From contig NC_045696.1 in the NCBI RefSeq assembly GCF_009834535.1, positions 51,772,001 to 51,836,000 on the forward strand: a stretch of 64,000 bases of DNA, in the 5' to 3' direction. This document shows, in pieces, positions 38,444 to 52,330 of the stretch (position 1 is its first letter; every line of letters begins with the position of its first letter). The notes beneath the pieces are model-generated. The model was not told where the DNA came from. It did not search any database and was given only the letters and a program-made list of their open reading frames with translations. The DNA is from Camelus ferus. Its lineage: Eukaryota. Position numbers and translations under genes: made by a program.

Positions 38444-40342
38444 ATATGCTTTATAGTTACTGGGTAAAAGAGGGCTTTCATTATGGAGAAATGTATAGTT
38501 ATTTCAAAAGCAGTGGCTTTCAAAGGCAATGGCCCCCCATTCTGGTGTATGTACACCAGAAATTTGGTATCACCTCCCTGCCCTCGACCCTTTTTAAAAG
38601 TAGATCTTGAGGTGAGTACTAAAAAGCACTCTGTTGGTAGTAATAACAGCTCTTACTTGGGGTCCTTTTGAGTTAAAAGTTGGCAAGAGGGCTTTTTAGG
38701 AAGGTAGAAATAGTAATCATTATCAAAAATTCTATTATTCATAAATTAAAAATGAGACTGACACTTTATCAGCCAAAAAACAGAGGGGGACGAATTTCTG
38801 AATAAAGGCACCCTTGGGACTAGGACCTAACACAGAACTGGAACTGGCAGGCCCTTTACCTCTGGTGCCTTTTGAAGTGGGGGCTGTGGGCCTCTGGTGG
38901 TGTTGAACACTAAGGTATTACAGAGGCATCAACAAGGCTCACCTCCAGAATAACAGCAGGTCTTACGTCATGTTAAGATAGACCTTTTAAACAAGCCTGC
39001 CAAGCATTCTGTTAATTGTTAGCCATACAGTCAGGCAGCGATTTCTTTTTTGGCAGGGGGAGCCAAGGCTGTTAAGAGTCAATACATGTGCCTTCTCTGC
39101 TGAGGGGATCAGACGCACTCCCTCAGCGCTTTTCTTTTGTCCCGCTGTTCTCGTTTCTCTCATTTCACTCTGTGATTAGTAAACAAAATATATACCAGGG
39201 AAGAAAGAGCTGAAGAAGTTGCTAGGATTTCTAAGGAAGAAGAACCCAAATCTTGCCTGCTTTAGGCAAGAGAATGTTTTAGTGTTAATGAAAAGAGATG
39301 GTTAAATTGCAGCCCATCAAATTTCAAATACAGTTCCAAAGTGTGTCTAAAATGATCCAAAAGAAAACAAAATTCCTCCTGTCCTTAGCTATAAATTCTG
39401 CAGGCTGATCCTGTGTTCTCATCTCATTCCTGTTTCTTGCTCTGCCTCAGAAAGGGTTAGTGTCTAACGTTAAACAGTGTACAGCAAAGAACAGAAATAA
39501 TGTATACTCGTAAAATTCTGAATCCAGAGTCAGAAGAGAGTAAGTTCTTAGCCCAACAGATGAGTCTCACTGACAGTAACAGAGATATGTTGCTAATTCA
39601 TCCGTAGAAGGTGCTGAACATGTTCTCTTATATATCTTGAGATGAGGTTTTGGTGGTATAAAAGTCTTGTGGTTAATGCGGTATATTGTTGTTGTCGTTG
39701 ATTTTCCTCCTCTCTGGGACCACAAAAACAGATCTAAGTCTAGACAGAGGCAGGGGAGCATGTTTATTTCTTCATTAGAAGCTGTACGTGTTACTATATT
39801 CTATTGTAAATGAATTAGGAAGAAAAATACCATATCCCTTGATGCAGGCCATGTTACATACAGATCCATGTATCCTTATGCTTTCCTTTTTCCTATTCTC
39901 TCAATCCTTGTGCCCATTTTTCCTTTTTTGAATTTGAGGCTTGCCTTTATATTACCAGATTATTTCTGGTGGCTGGAGCCCTTGTGACATTGTTTTGTTC
40001 AATCGTGCTGTCTGGTTCATACAAATTCCCAAGGGGCTTTTCTCGTACCAAAGATGATGACTGATTGAGTTAAAATGTCTTCTGTATTATGACATAAAAT
40101 CAGAAGTTAGCATTTATTGCTGGTCAAAATGAACTTATGGCCCTACAAATAACTCATGATTATAAGGCAAATAAGTATGTGTATTTCCCTTCCTGAAGTA
40201 CAACTAAAGTATAACTAAAGGCATGACTCTATATATTTCTACCACAAAATGGCAACAATAATTTGCGTCCAAATATAACCTAAGCAAAAAGAAACACCTA
40301 GAATATAATAAAAAATGTATTGCCTATGTATATAGCTATATG

Positions 40343-40850
40343 CAGATCTTTCTTGACTTGTGGAGTTACATCTTGATAAGCCCATCATAAGTTGGAAATA
40401 TCTTAAGTAAAAAAATGAATTTGATACACCTAACCTACTGAAAATCATTACAGCTTGGCCTAGTGTACCTGAAACACACTCAGAACACTTACATTAGCCT
40501 ACAGGTAGGCAAAACCATCTAATGCAAAGCCTATTTTATAATAAAGTGTTGAATATTTCACAGAGTTTATTTAATACTCTATTGAAAGTGAAAACCAGAA
40601 TGGTTGTGTAGGTACAGAATGGCTGTAAGAGTATCAGTGTTTACTCTCATGACTGCGTGGGTGCTTGGGAGCTGCAGCTCGCTACTGCTGCCCGCCATCA
40701 GGAAAGAGTGTTGTACTGCATGCCGTTAGCCCAGGAAAAGATCAAAATTCAAAACCTGAAGTACAATTTCTACTGAATATATATTGCTTTTGCACCATCG
40801 TAAAGTCAAAAAATTGTTAAGTGGAACCATTGTAAGTGGAGAACTGTCTG
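40343..40850 (+). mobile_element. MER47 / Tigger5-derived DNA transposon
   Basis: Begins cagatctttcttgactt...gataagcccatcataagtt; internal ctcagaacacttacattagcctacag and aaagcctattttataataaagtgttgaatat; ends gcaccatcgtaaagtcaaaaaa...gaaccattgtaagtggagaactgtctg. Confidence 0.88.
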
Positions 40851-42849
40851 TCTATAAAACCCACCAAATCAAGATGGTGCAATGATGCTGTTTACTTCAG
40901 TTTCATTACTGTATTTTTTGAGATTCCTATTTTTGTATATAGAAGGGATGATGACATCATATAAATGAAGCAGACAAACAGAAAAGTGCAGAGGGCCAAT
41001 GCTAGATGCCCATATACTGTCCACCAAGTATTGCCAGTGTGAGAGGATTTGACATGCTAATGTCATTTGTACTTGTTACTGAGACACTAAGAGCACGATG
41101 GCTGGCAGGCACCACATTTAAGTGCGGTTACCAAGGCCCCCAAATGTTGACAGAGTGCCAGATTCTAAGAAACTATTGATGTACACAGCCGGCCACAGCT
41201 CCAGACACCTCTCAGACAGAGTCTTTAAATGTCACAGATAAATGAATTTTCATGAAACTGGGAGAGAGAAAGGAAGAGCAAGATGAAAGAACACAGAATG
41301 AGAAGCAGAATAAGAAAAAAAGAAAGAAGAAAATCACTTTCAAAGCACTGCCATGAAAGTATGTGGCATCTCATTGCTGAAGTGCCTTACAAAGGATGTG
41401 AGATCAAGCCTTCTTGACACATTCTGTGTTACCAAACACTAGATCACCTTTAATAATTTCATTGTGTATTTAAAAAGGGAGATACATGTTAAACAATAGT
41501 TTCAACAAACTATTTCTGAACAAAGTATGGTTCAAATATAAGTACTGCAAAACTCAATCTTAAAAAAAGTTCAAAATAAAATAAAGTAAGGGAACCACAG
41601 GTACAAATAAACATGAAAACATCTCCTACTCAGTTCACTATGTATTCAAGAGGTTAAAAGTCACAGTGCCATGAAATCGTTATTTGCCAAGATATAGTTG
41701 TGTCCCCTGACAGTTTCCTTCCCAGAGTCCCACTGAAAGCAGTGACACCTAGTGGGTTTATAACAAGATATTGAGGAATACCTTCCTCCTTCACCTCTTT
41801 CTCCCTGCCTTTCCACAAAAAACACCTGCCAGGGAAATATATGAGGTAAGTCAGTTACTTGACACATGACAACAGGAATGAGCCATGGTTATAACTAGAA
41901 CAACCAAGTGTTCCTTAGAAATCATGTGTAACCCAAAATACTTTAAATGTAAATGAAGCCTTTTCACTTTGAAAGTCTTCCGTCTGCTGAGGGCACCTTC
42001 TCTTGACCTTGATGCACTGTGTCATTAAAAACAACCACATTTTCAAGGTTAGAATAGTTAGAATATGGCTTGCTTGTGCATTTACTTTTCTGTACTAGAG
42101 TTGTGCAATCTCTACATTTTACACAGAGCAATCATGCCAATGTCCACAAACATAATTCTTCCTCCTACTCAAAAAGCACATGGGTATTTTTTTTTTACAT
42201 TCAGCAATAGGGTCATTTGCCTTCGTACTAGCATCACAGTAAGTCTTGATATAAATTATTTTTCCACATCTGGCTCCCTCTGTCTTGGGTACCTGGGACA
42301 TTAGCAGGTCCATGGAGAATAAAGTTCCAAAGCTCAAATATTCAAAGGGATTTTATTTTTGCATCAACTTTTCAATGATTTCTTAGTGCTTTTCTTTTTT
42401 TTATGGTAAGAGATAAAATGAAAGAATTTAGAGTTCTTTCCAGGGGAAAAATAATTAGTTTCTCTGTTTTTAAAGGCTTTTATTTTGAAGACAAAATCAG
42501 TTTCAACTCAAATGGAAATCGCAGTAAAATCTCAGATACTGTAATCAGTAACTGCGTTAAAACTCTCAAGAAGTATGCCAACTTTCGCGGGAGGCCGCAT
42601 TCAGCCAGCATCACAAAGAGACATGATCTACCTGGCCATCCTGACATTTTATACTGTAAAGTTATAGATCAAGACAACCACCTCTAATATGTTCATGCAA
42701 ATACATATACATACATATAAGCACATACACCGATTTTTTTTCTCCTGTGGGTATATAAGAAGAGAGGTTTTTGTTTACTCTAGGCTAAAGTTTAGCAAAT
42801 ACATTTTAAAAAGTATTAGATTTTTCTGATTATAAAAGTAATAGTGTTC

Positions 42850-43117
42850 ACCAGCAACTGGTTAAACACCTATGCTACACCCCTACAAGGAATACCGTGG
42901 AGTTGTTAAAAAGAATAAGGCAGATTTATATGCTGTATGACAAGATATATGACATATATGATCTAATTCCTTTTGTATGAATAAAATGAGGACACCTATA
43001 GGTATATGCCAGCATATACATAAATGGATTTTTGGCGAGGGAGGATATACAAGGCATTTTGAATTAGAGGGATGAGAAGAATTTTACTTTTAATTAAATA
43101 CTTTTCAATTACATGTT
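42850..43117 (+). mobile_element. old L1M 3' UTR fragment
   Basis: aactggttaaacac...ggaataccgtggagttgttaaaaagaataaggcagatttatatg. Confidence 0.6.
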
Positions 43118-43132
43118 TAAAAATCAATGCCA

Positions 43133-44470
43133 AGGTGCTGGGAAAACTGGACAGCTACATGTAAATGAATGAAATCAGAACATTCTCTAACACCATATAC
43201 AAAAGTAACCTCGAAATGGATTAAAGACCTAAATGTAGGGCCGGATACTATAAAACCCCTAGAAGAAAACATAGGCGAAACACTCTGACATAAATTGTAG
43301 CAACTTTTTTTGGCTCTGCCTGCTAAAGCAAAGGAAATAAAAGCAAAAACAAACAAATGGGGCTCAATTAAACTTAAAAGCTTTTGTACAGCAAAGGAAA
43401 CCATTGACAAAATGAAAAGACAACCCACTGAATGGGAGAAAAGTATTTGCAAATTATATGACCAACAAGGGGTGAATATTCAACATATATAAACAGCTCA
43501 TACAACTCAACATAAAAAAAACAAACAATCTGATTAAAAAAATGGGCAGAAGAAATTTTTCCAAAGAGATACTGCAGATGGCCAACAGGCATATGAAAAG
43601 ATGCTAAACATTGCTAATCAGTAGAGAAATGCAAATCAAAACCAGAATGAGATATCACCTCAAAATCACCTGTTAGAATGGCTATCATCAAAAAGGACAC
43701 AAGTAACAAATGCTGGGGAGGATGTAGAGAAAAGAGAACCCTTATATCCACTGCTGATGGAAATGTAGATTGGTGCAGCCATGTCCACAATTCCACTGTG
43801 GAAAACAGTATGGAATTTTCTCAAAAAACTAAAAATAGAACTACTCAGCATAAATATGACCCAGCAATTCCACTCCTGGGTATATACCTGATAAAAACAA
43901 AAACACTAATTCAGAAGGATACATACACCCCAATGTTCATAGCAGCATTATTTATAATTGCCAAGATATGAAAGCAACCTAAGTGTCCACCAACAAATGA
44001 ATGAATAAAGAAGATGTGGTATATATATACAATGGAATACTACTCAGCCATAGAAGAATGGAATTTTGCCATTTGCAGCAACACAGATGGACTTAGAGGG
44101 CACTATGCTAAGTGAAATAAATCAAAAAGAGGAAGACGCATGCTGTATGATATCACTTATATGTGAAATCTAAAAAATACAACAAACTAGTGAATATAAC
44201 AAAAAAGAAACAGACTCGCAGATATAGAGAACAAACTAGCAAGTGGCCAGTGGGGAGAGGGGAGGAGGCAGGGGCAATATAAGGGCAGGGGATCATGAGG
44301 TACAAACTGTTAGGTATAAAATAAGCTACAAGGATATATTTTGCAACACGGGGAATATAGCCAATATTTTATAACTATAAATAGAGTATAACCTTTAAAA
44401 ATTGAGAATCATTATATTGTACACCTGTAACATATAATATTGCATATCAACTATACTTCAATAAAAATTT
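43133..44470 (+). mobile_element. 5'-truncated L1 (ORF2 C-terminus plus 3' UTR), cetartiodactyl-type
   Basis: ORF-track peptides [39 protein letters not shown] and [11 protein letters not shown]...TPMFIAALFIIAK are L1 ORF2. Ends caactatacttcaataaaa. Imperfect TSD taaaaatcaatgcca (43118-43132) / taaaaatttaatgcca (44462-44477). Confidence 0.95.
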
Positions 44471-45349
44471 AATGCCAGTAAGGATATCTGGGAGGCAAGT
44501 TTATGAGGAATTGTTTTCTTCATTCTTCTCTGTATTAGAAAACAATAAATGATATTTTAAAAGACAACATTGCCAAAATAAATTATATGAAAGTAATTTA
44601 TGTTAGTTATAAGAAATTTGAAAGCACTAAAAAAGCATAAATAAAGTTTAAAAAAAAAAACCTTGTAATTCTCTGATCCAACAATATCTACTGTTGAATT
44701 TTTGGCGGGTTATGTCCAGTTTGAAAAGTATCTTCTCCACTCTACTTGAGGAGTAAGAAGGATCCTTTTCATTCTTTTAGGTGGAGGGACCCAAAACAGC
44801 TCCACATCCCCCTGGACACCCCCTACTATTACATCGTTTTTATTTCTAGGACATTCTTGGATCAGCGTAAGCTATATGTGACACTTCAAAATTTCAAAGA
44901 TCTTCCTTCATCTGGTATTGCTTCCTGAAAAGCATGATCCCTATTCCACCTCATGATCTCCAAGGAGTTGGAGCAGAGGGGACCTCATGATGTCCCACAA
45001 TTATTATATTTGCAGTGAAATAGTTTATGGAGGACTCAAATTCTCTGTTCTGAACACACAGAGATGATTCTCCACAAGGTACTCAGCCTTAGAACATCTT
45101 CAAAAGGTTAAGGGAATTGAAGAAAGAACACAAAGAGGTGATATACTTGGAGCTATTTTTTTAGGCAATCGACCTAATGATTACTATACCTTTTAACACT
45201 TTATCTGTTGAGGATCATTTTCGGAAGAAAGATATTAACTCTTTCTTCCATGCAGACATCTGAGTGTTACTGTTCATTTTTAAGTATCATATCTTCCTTT
45301 CAATAAATTTAAGAATTTCCCCACCTGTGTTGCTGCTGTTGCTGAAAAT

Positions 45350-45600
45350 AAGATAATAATGATAATCATATTTTTATTATGGCTAACTTGCATTGTTTGC
45401 TTTTTAGGGTTGTACAGTTTACTCACACTATTTTCATTCAATTCTCAAAATACTTCTGTAATCATTGTTACTATTATTATTACTATTTTATAGATGAGAA
45501 AACTTAGACTCAGAAATGTTAAAAAAAAACTTGCCAAATGTCACAAATCTAGTAAGAAGCAGATGAAGACTGAAATTTACATCAGATGGATTTCAAACGT
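45350..45600 (-). mobile_element. MIR SINE
   Basis: tattttatagatgagaaaacttagactcagaaatgttaa...cttgccaaatgtcacaaatctagtaag. Confidence 0.75.
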
Positions 45601-45696
45601 TCCTTAAGATCATTTTCCCTATTAGGTTTACATGACATTATTCAGAGGTGCAAACCATGTCCAGGGCTTTCTTATTTCTTTATTATCTTTCTGTTA

Positions 45697-45776
<80 letters not shown>
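45697..45776. repeat. compound microsatellite (CT)13(CA)14(GA)13
   Basis: Counted directly: CT 45697-45722, CA 45723-45750, GA 45751-45776. Confidence 0.97.
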
Positions 45777-45829
45777 TTGATAGAGGGAGAGAGAGAAGAA
45801 GAAATCCAAATAAAATGTTATAAAACTTC

Positions 45830-45955
45830 TCTAGGACTCCACTTTCCTCACCTCTAAGATTGATAGCACCTACCTCAGGTCTGTTGTGAAGACCAAATGA
45901 GATAATGTATGTGAAAGCACTTAGTACACCTAAAATAAAACATTATCATTATTGC
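45830..45955 (+). mobile_element. MIR SINE 3' half
   Basis: tttcctcacctctaa...atagcacctacctcagg..tgttgtgaagaccaaatgagataatgtatgtgaaagcacttag. Confidence 0.8.
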
Positions 45956-47229
45956 TACACAAGTTTCCCTCCTTTGCATAATGGATGTGTTCCAGAGAAA
46001 GTGATTATGAAAATGTATAGGCTCAACTTCTATTATCAAATCACAGAGCAATTGCATTATAAAGTCACAGAACAAAGATTCCTAACAGATTGAAATGAAG
46101 ACTTGACATAAGGCAGGGGTTCAGGTAGAGGCTGAGTCTATGAATGTTATGCTGGGAGCAGTCCACGTGTTGGCAGCACTTTCTGGATACTCTTATCTCC
46201 TCTCATCGGTCTCCTTGATCTGGTAATTCCTGAGTCTACCCTGTAAAGTTCCAGAGATGATTTCCTTCTTTGTCTGGTTGCAAGGTCCAATGGAATTTGT
46301 ATGCAACAACAATCCTTCACCCGACGGCCCTATCCCACACATGGTATAGGATAGTTAGAAAACTCCTTTAATTTGAAGTGCATTAGTTCCCTACTCACTC
46401 TGTCACTCTGCATGTTTGGTTATAAGTTTCAGTCACATGTGGTAGTAACACTTGCATTAGCTTCCTCATATTTATCGTATGGAAAGCCTTTGGGGTCAGG
46501 AACCATGTCTTCTACTTTCTTGGAAACCCTACACTTCCTAGTGAGTCCCATAAATAAAATGAAACTTTAAATAGTACTGACTTCACTTTCAACTCATAAC
46601 TAAACCTGACTCTGGGCTTGAAGTGCTATTTTCTCCCTCTAGTCTCATCAGGTGTGCGTGTGTCATGGTACTGACTGAGGCCGCCCCCACAATTCACTTC
46701 CAACAACCAGTTGCATCCTAGTGTTTGTTTTTCATGAGGTACCAGGACCTAGTCTTAAATTAATGCCTTAATTTTTTCTCTTAGCACATCCTTTACTTGC
46801 AGAAAATATTCAGAAAGAATGGAATTTAAAAAATAAACCATGTGCTGTCCAGACCTTGGGAAAAGCAGTGATGTTTGAAAACATCAGATTCAACTAGTCA
46901 GAGACACAAAAGCCTTATTAAATGTATTAGCTTCCTTATTTTTAGAGCTTAGGTAAGAAACAAGATCCAACCTTAGCATACCAATGGGTATCAAGTGAGA
47001 GAGGTCAGTACAGTCCACACCTTTATGAGGTAGCGTGGACACACCAGGTGGAAGGATTGTTGTAGATTATCTTACAAATGACAGTAGCCTGGGAAGACAC
47101 CAGACAGCCTCCTTGCTTCTAGACCAATTCAAACAAGGCACATTTATATTTTATTTAGTATTTTGTCATAAGCCAGCAATAGGATCTACTCAAGACTACT
47201 GTTAATTTACTGCTTGTTCATATTCCCAT

Positions 47230-47650
47230 ATCTGTCTGTAGCCTCCATTGTACCATTCATCCATTTATTCATTATATAATAAATATCAGTATTTTAGGAG
47301 GTTGGGTAGAAAGATAGATGGTAGATGATTGATAAGTAGATAGATCAATCAATAGATAGATAAACAATAGACAGATAGCTAGATAAAATAGAGGAGTAAT
47401 AACTTCAAGAAATGGCTAAGGGTGGAGATTCCAGATAGAGAAGCCTTTAAACTTGAAGGATAGATGGAATTTCAAAGTATAGAAAGGAAAAAGAAATCAA
47501 TTCAAGTGGCACAAGCGCCACGAAATAAAAGGTCATCATGCACTGGGAAAAGTAAATCATTTGATGTGTGAAAGGGAGTAGCAAGAAATAAAATTGTTAA
47601 TTCTTCGGCAAATTAGGGTTAGATCACAGGGGAACTTGAGTGCCAATCAA
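47230..47650 (-). mobile_element. L2 fragment containing a degenerate (GATA)n tract
   Basis: cattcatccatttattcatt start, imperfect gata repeats at ~47310-47387, then aacttgaaggatagatggaattt and agatcacaggggaacttgagtgcca. Confidence 0.5.
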
Positions 47651-49149
47651 AGAACATCACTCTGTCAATAATTTAGGTCTGAAGAAAGTTCAGTAAACAA
47701 CTCAGAAGCATTTCAATTTCAGTAGAGAGTATTGTAGTACATTACAGATTCTGAGGCTTTAGGTTCCATAAGGGGAGATGCTGCATTAGTGGTAGAGAAA
47801 ATGTCCTCATATGTAAAGAGTCTTACTCCAACTAAGATTATAGCACTTCATCTATTAAGATTAATCATATCACATGACTTAAACAAGAATCTCACCAGCT
47901 CCTAATCACACTGGCACTGGTCCTTCATTCTCAATAACAAATTCTATAGTTACCTAAAGGCTGATGCTGAAACTGGCTTAGATGAGAGGGGTGAGTATTC
48001 TGAGCATATGTGAGATGTCTGTAGAAGTTTGACATAAGCTGTCATTTGACTTTGAATATAGCCAATAAGTTCACAAATGATCGGTTACTTATATATGTTT
48101 AGTTCTGATTCTTCCTAGATACAGAAAGTCATTTCAGTGTATCTGGAACTCTGAGATATCCTTATACATCCTTTAAAGTTCTCTGCTAAATGTGTAGGAT
48201 GCTTTGATTCTAGTCATCAAAGAAATACCCCTTTCCCAGTACTTCCTCTCCCCCATAGGCTTTTTATTTTATGTATCTACTTATTTTCTGCCCTTCTCCT
48301 CCAAATATTAGCTCTTTGAAGATAAGGATTTTTTCGTATGTGTCTGTTTTGTTCATTGTTGTACCCCAGCACCTAAAACAGATACTTGTTGAAAGACTAC
48401 TTCTGAAAATAAATGCAAAACATAGAAGAGGGTGAGCAAATATTAACTGGACTGTAGGAAAATGAAGCTTTCTACATAAAGCTTTCCTGCAAAAATTCAT
48501 ATGCCACATAATTTGAAAATACCATCAATTAATGACTTCATGAATTAATTTTCTATAAAACCCAAAGCATTAAAAATGTATTTATTTGTTTTTAATTGTT
48601 TTTGAAATAACAACCTCATTCTTTCCATTGGGTACAGATAGAAATCATGGCAAGGAGAGATGCTCTGGGTACAGCAGATGAATTCAGGACTTCTGACTCC
48701 AACAACTAGGTTTTATGCACTATTTTATAACAGTTTGTGTTTCACAATTAATAAGATTTTAGTGCTGAATTGCATTGGGTACCAGAATTTAAACCAATAA
48801 ATCATGCCATTAGCTTATGGCCTCTCTGATAGCATGAGGCCTTCTCACAGAAACAAAGAAACAAACAAAAACCCAAAACAAACAAACGGCAATGTAGAAT
48901 GAGGAAACCTCAAAAGGCTAAACATGTTTATTCTTAATTTTAATTTTAAAATCCTGATTGTTCCTTTTCATCATAATTGTATTGCATCTTGCTGGCAGAA
49001 AGGAATGAGATTTAGGATACTATGCAAATGACAGCAGGTCAGCCATAGCTTATCAAGTTCTGGGAACACTGTGGCTTCTCTTTCCTCATGTCCTCCTTTA
49101 TCCTGAAAATATCTTCTGGATTAAAAATCTCATTCAATAGATTGTATTT

Positions 49150-49990
49150 TTCAACATAAAAATCTAAACTATCAAAGTACTAAAAGAAAACACTGGCAAA
49201 TCCTTTTATAATCTTGGCATGGAGAAGGACTTTGTACCTTAACATCTAGAAGCCATAATGGAAAAGATTGGTAAATCTGATTACATTAAAACAAAGCCCC
49301 TACATGGCAAAAGATATATACACCATAAACAAAGTAATTTTAAAAAAGACAAACTAGGAAAATACTTGCTATTCATTCAGATGAAAAGATTATCTCCTTA
49401 ATGTATAAATATCAAGAAGTCAATAAGAAAAAGACCAAGAATCCAATGGAAAGAAAAGGTAAAAGAGATGAACAGACACCTTATAAAAAAAACAAACATC
49501 AAAATCACTAAACATATCAAAAGATGTTTGGGTCACTCACAATAAGGAAAAAGTAAAGTGTAAATACACTGAGATATCATCTTTTACCTACACAATTAGA
49601 AAAAATCCAAAGTTTAAAAGAACACTATTTTGTTGAGGCTGGGAGTGAAAAAGCACTTTCCTATATTGCCAAAGGGAGTACTCAGTAATGCCACCCCTGT
49701 TGAGATCCATTTGGTAAAATTTCTCAAAATTTAAGATGCACGTAATCCTTTGACCAACAATTTTACTTTAGAGAATTTATTCTGCAGAATATCTGCACAT
49801 CTATGAAATGATTTATGTACAAGATTTGTTCACTGGAGCATCGTTAGAAATGACAAAAATTGTTTATTAATAGGGACTGGTAGAATAAACTATGATACAT
49901 TTACATAATGGAATACTGTGCAACTGAATAAAAGATTAAGGTAGCTCTCTATGTACTGAAAGGAAAAGATCTCCAAGATATACTGGAGAA
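49150..49990 (+). mobile_element. old L1M ORF2-end/3' fragment
   Basis: aaactatcaaagtactaaaagaaaaca...ttataatcttggcatggagaaggacttt; cctttgaccaacaattttactttagagaatttat; tacataatggaatactgtgcaac. Confidence 0.8.
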
Positions 49991-50305
49991 TGTATGATTG
50001 AGAACTGCATTGAAAAATGTGAGATGGACTAATTCAAAAATAATCTCATACAAAAGTGAAAATAAAAGTGTCCTAGAAAAGATAAAATGATTTCCAAGCT
50101 CCCACAGTTTTTAGCCACTGAGGTAGCCAACATTTGGGCAAATGTGGCCATATTTAGCATCACTGGGACTCCATCACCTAGAACCATAAAATGCTTCAGA
50201 TTCTTCCCTTCCTAGCTGTGTAGCATTATTGAACAGTTGTGCCTTTCTAGCCCAATGAAGTTATTAGTAAAACCTAAAATGCCATTAAAATGTTTCATCC
50301 ATGAA

Positions 50306-50570
50306 TAAAGGACAGAAATAGACTCACAGACAGAGAATACAGACTTGTGGTTACCAGAGGGGTGGAGGGTGGGAAGGGATAGACTGGGATTTCAAAATTG
50401 TAGAATAGACTACACTGTATAGCACAGGGAAATATACACAAAATGTTATGATAACTCACAGAGAAAAAAATGTGACAATGAGTGTGTATATGTCCATGAA
50501 TAACTGAAAAATTGTGCTGAACACTGGAATTTGACACAACATTGTAAAATGATTATAAATCAATAAAAAA
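50306..50570 (+). mobile_element. young L1 3' end, camelid-type (L1_Vpa-like)
   Basis: aaggacagaaatagactcacagacagagaatacagacttgtggtt...ctgggatttcaaaattgtagaatag...gaaaaattgtgctgaacactggaatttgacacaacattgtaaaatg. 19-bp TSD aaaatgtttca(t/g)ccatgaa at 50287-50305 and 50567-50585. Confidence 0.9.
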
Positions 50571-51198
50571 TGTTTCAGCCATGAACTAACTTGGACAAAC
50601 CCCATCTAAAAGCTGCGGTGATTCCCCATACATTCTACTTCCCATGTGTTGAGTGGAGAAGATCTGGTAATCCACTTGTTGCTGCATAAGAAGAAAACAC
50701 ATTTCTCTAGGAGTGTAAATATATGAGATTACTGAAAATAATGAGTATAATATATTCACTCATTTGATAATATTTATGAAGATTCTCAAGTGCTCAGGTG
50801 ACACATTCAGTAGGCATAATATTATTAACACAAGGCAAAATACAGCATTAGGCTGATAATGTATGTTGAATACTTGGGGGTTCCTAAAATAGAAGCTAAT
50901 ATGAAGAATGCACTATAATTAATAGCACATTTAATAGCAGCTGCCTAATTTTTGTAAAATAAGCAACACATTTATTCACTGGTCAGAAATTATAGCACCA
51001 ATCCAACAAACTGTTTCCCCAATGGTTTCTTCATATTTGTAGTGAGTGTGCTGTCTGAACAACCTAGACATCACAGAAAAGAGCAAGGGTAAAAGCTCCT
51101 AAATTTGACTACCCCCCCCCCTTTTTTTTGTCCTATTACTGTTTTGGTAAACAGATACCAAGTGACTTGTCCATTCTGTGTAAAAATTCCTTCCTCTG

Positions 51199-51520
51199 CA
51201 CATCAGTCAGAATGGCCATCACTAAAAAGTCTACAAATAATAAGTGATGGAGAGGGTGTGGAAAACAGGGAACCCTCCTACACTGTTGGTGGGAATGTAA
51301 ATTAGTGCAGCTACTAAGGAGAACAATACAGAGGTTCCTTAAAAAATTAAAAATGGAGTTACCATTTGATCTAGCAATCCCACTCCTGGGCATATATCCA
51401 GAAAAAACACTAATTTGAAAAATTACATGCATCCCAATGTTTATAGCAGCACTAATTACAACAGCCAAGACATGGAAGCAACCTAAATGTCCATTGACAG
51501 ATGACTGGATACAGAAGCTG

Positions 51521-51557
<37 letters not shown>

Positions 51558-52032
51558 GAATATTACTCAGCCATAAAAAGAATGAAGTAATGCCATATGC
51601 AGCAACATGGATGGATCTAGAGATTATTATATTAAGTGAAGTAAGTCAGACAGCAAAAGACAATTATCATATGATATCACTTACATGTGGAATCTAAAAA
51701 AATAATGACACTAATCAACTTATTTACAAAACAGAAATAGACCCACAGACACAGAAAACAAACTTATGGTTACCAAAGGGGAAAGGAGGGGAGGGATTAG
51801 GAGTTTGGGATTAACATACATACACTACTATATATAGAATAAATAAATAACAACAAGGACCTACTGTATAACACAGAGAACTATATTAATATCTTATAAT
51901 AACCTATACTGAAAAACAATCTGAAAAAGAATCTATGTGTATATATTCACTGAATCCCTTTGCTGCATGCCTGAAACTAACACAACATTGTAAATCGACT
52001 ATACTTCAATAAATTTTTTTTAAATTAAAAAA
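51199..52032 (+). mobile_element. 5'-truncated L1 (ORF2 end plus 3' UTR) with internal (AC)n
   Basis: ORF peptide [19 protein letters not shown]...[20 protein letters not shown] is L1 ORF2. AC run at ~51524-51554. TSD aaaaatt(c/t)cttcctctg at 51182-51198 and 52028-52044. Confidence 0.95.
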
Positions 52033-52109
52033 TTTCTTCCTCTGGGTTCTGTTATTTATTTTAGGCAATTATTTTAAAACATGAAGGGAGGGAGGGAGGG
52101 AGTATTGAT

Positions 52110-52330
52110 TGATTGATTGGTTCATTTTTTATTCATTAAACCCCTAGTACATTCTGGGTATTCTGCTAACATTAAAGATACAAAGGTAAGGGACACAGTC
52201 CCTGCCCTCAAATGTTCCAGTCTACTGGAGAGAAGGTAAAGAAACTATCCAAATATTTATAACACAGGGTGATGCCTGCTACAGATGAATTAGGCATAAA
52301 TAGCCATGGGAGAACAGAGGCATGGGACCC
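52110..52330 (-). mobile_element. L2 3' fragment
   Basis: attcattaaa...agatacaaaggtaagggacacagtccctgccctcaa...cagtctactggaga. Confidence 0.65.

Noticed and set aside
43310..43971. L1 ORF2-like ORFs as functional retrotransposon genes
   Set aside because: 5'-truncated, frameshifted fragments with no endonuclease or intact RT domain.
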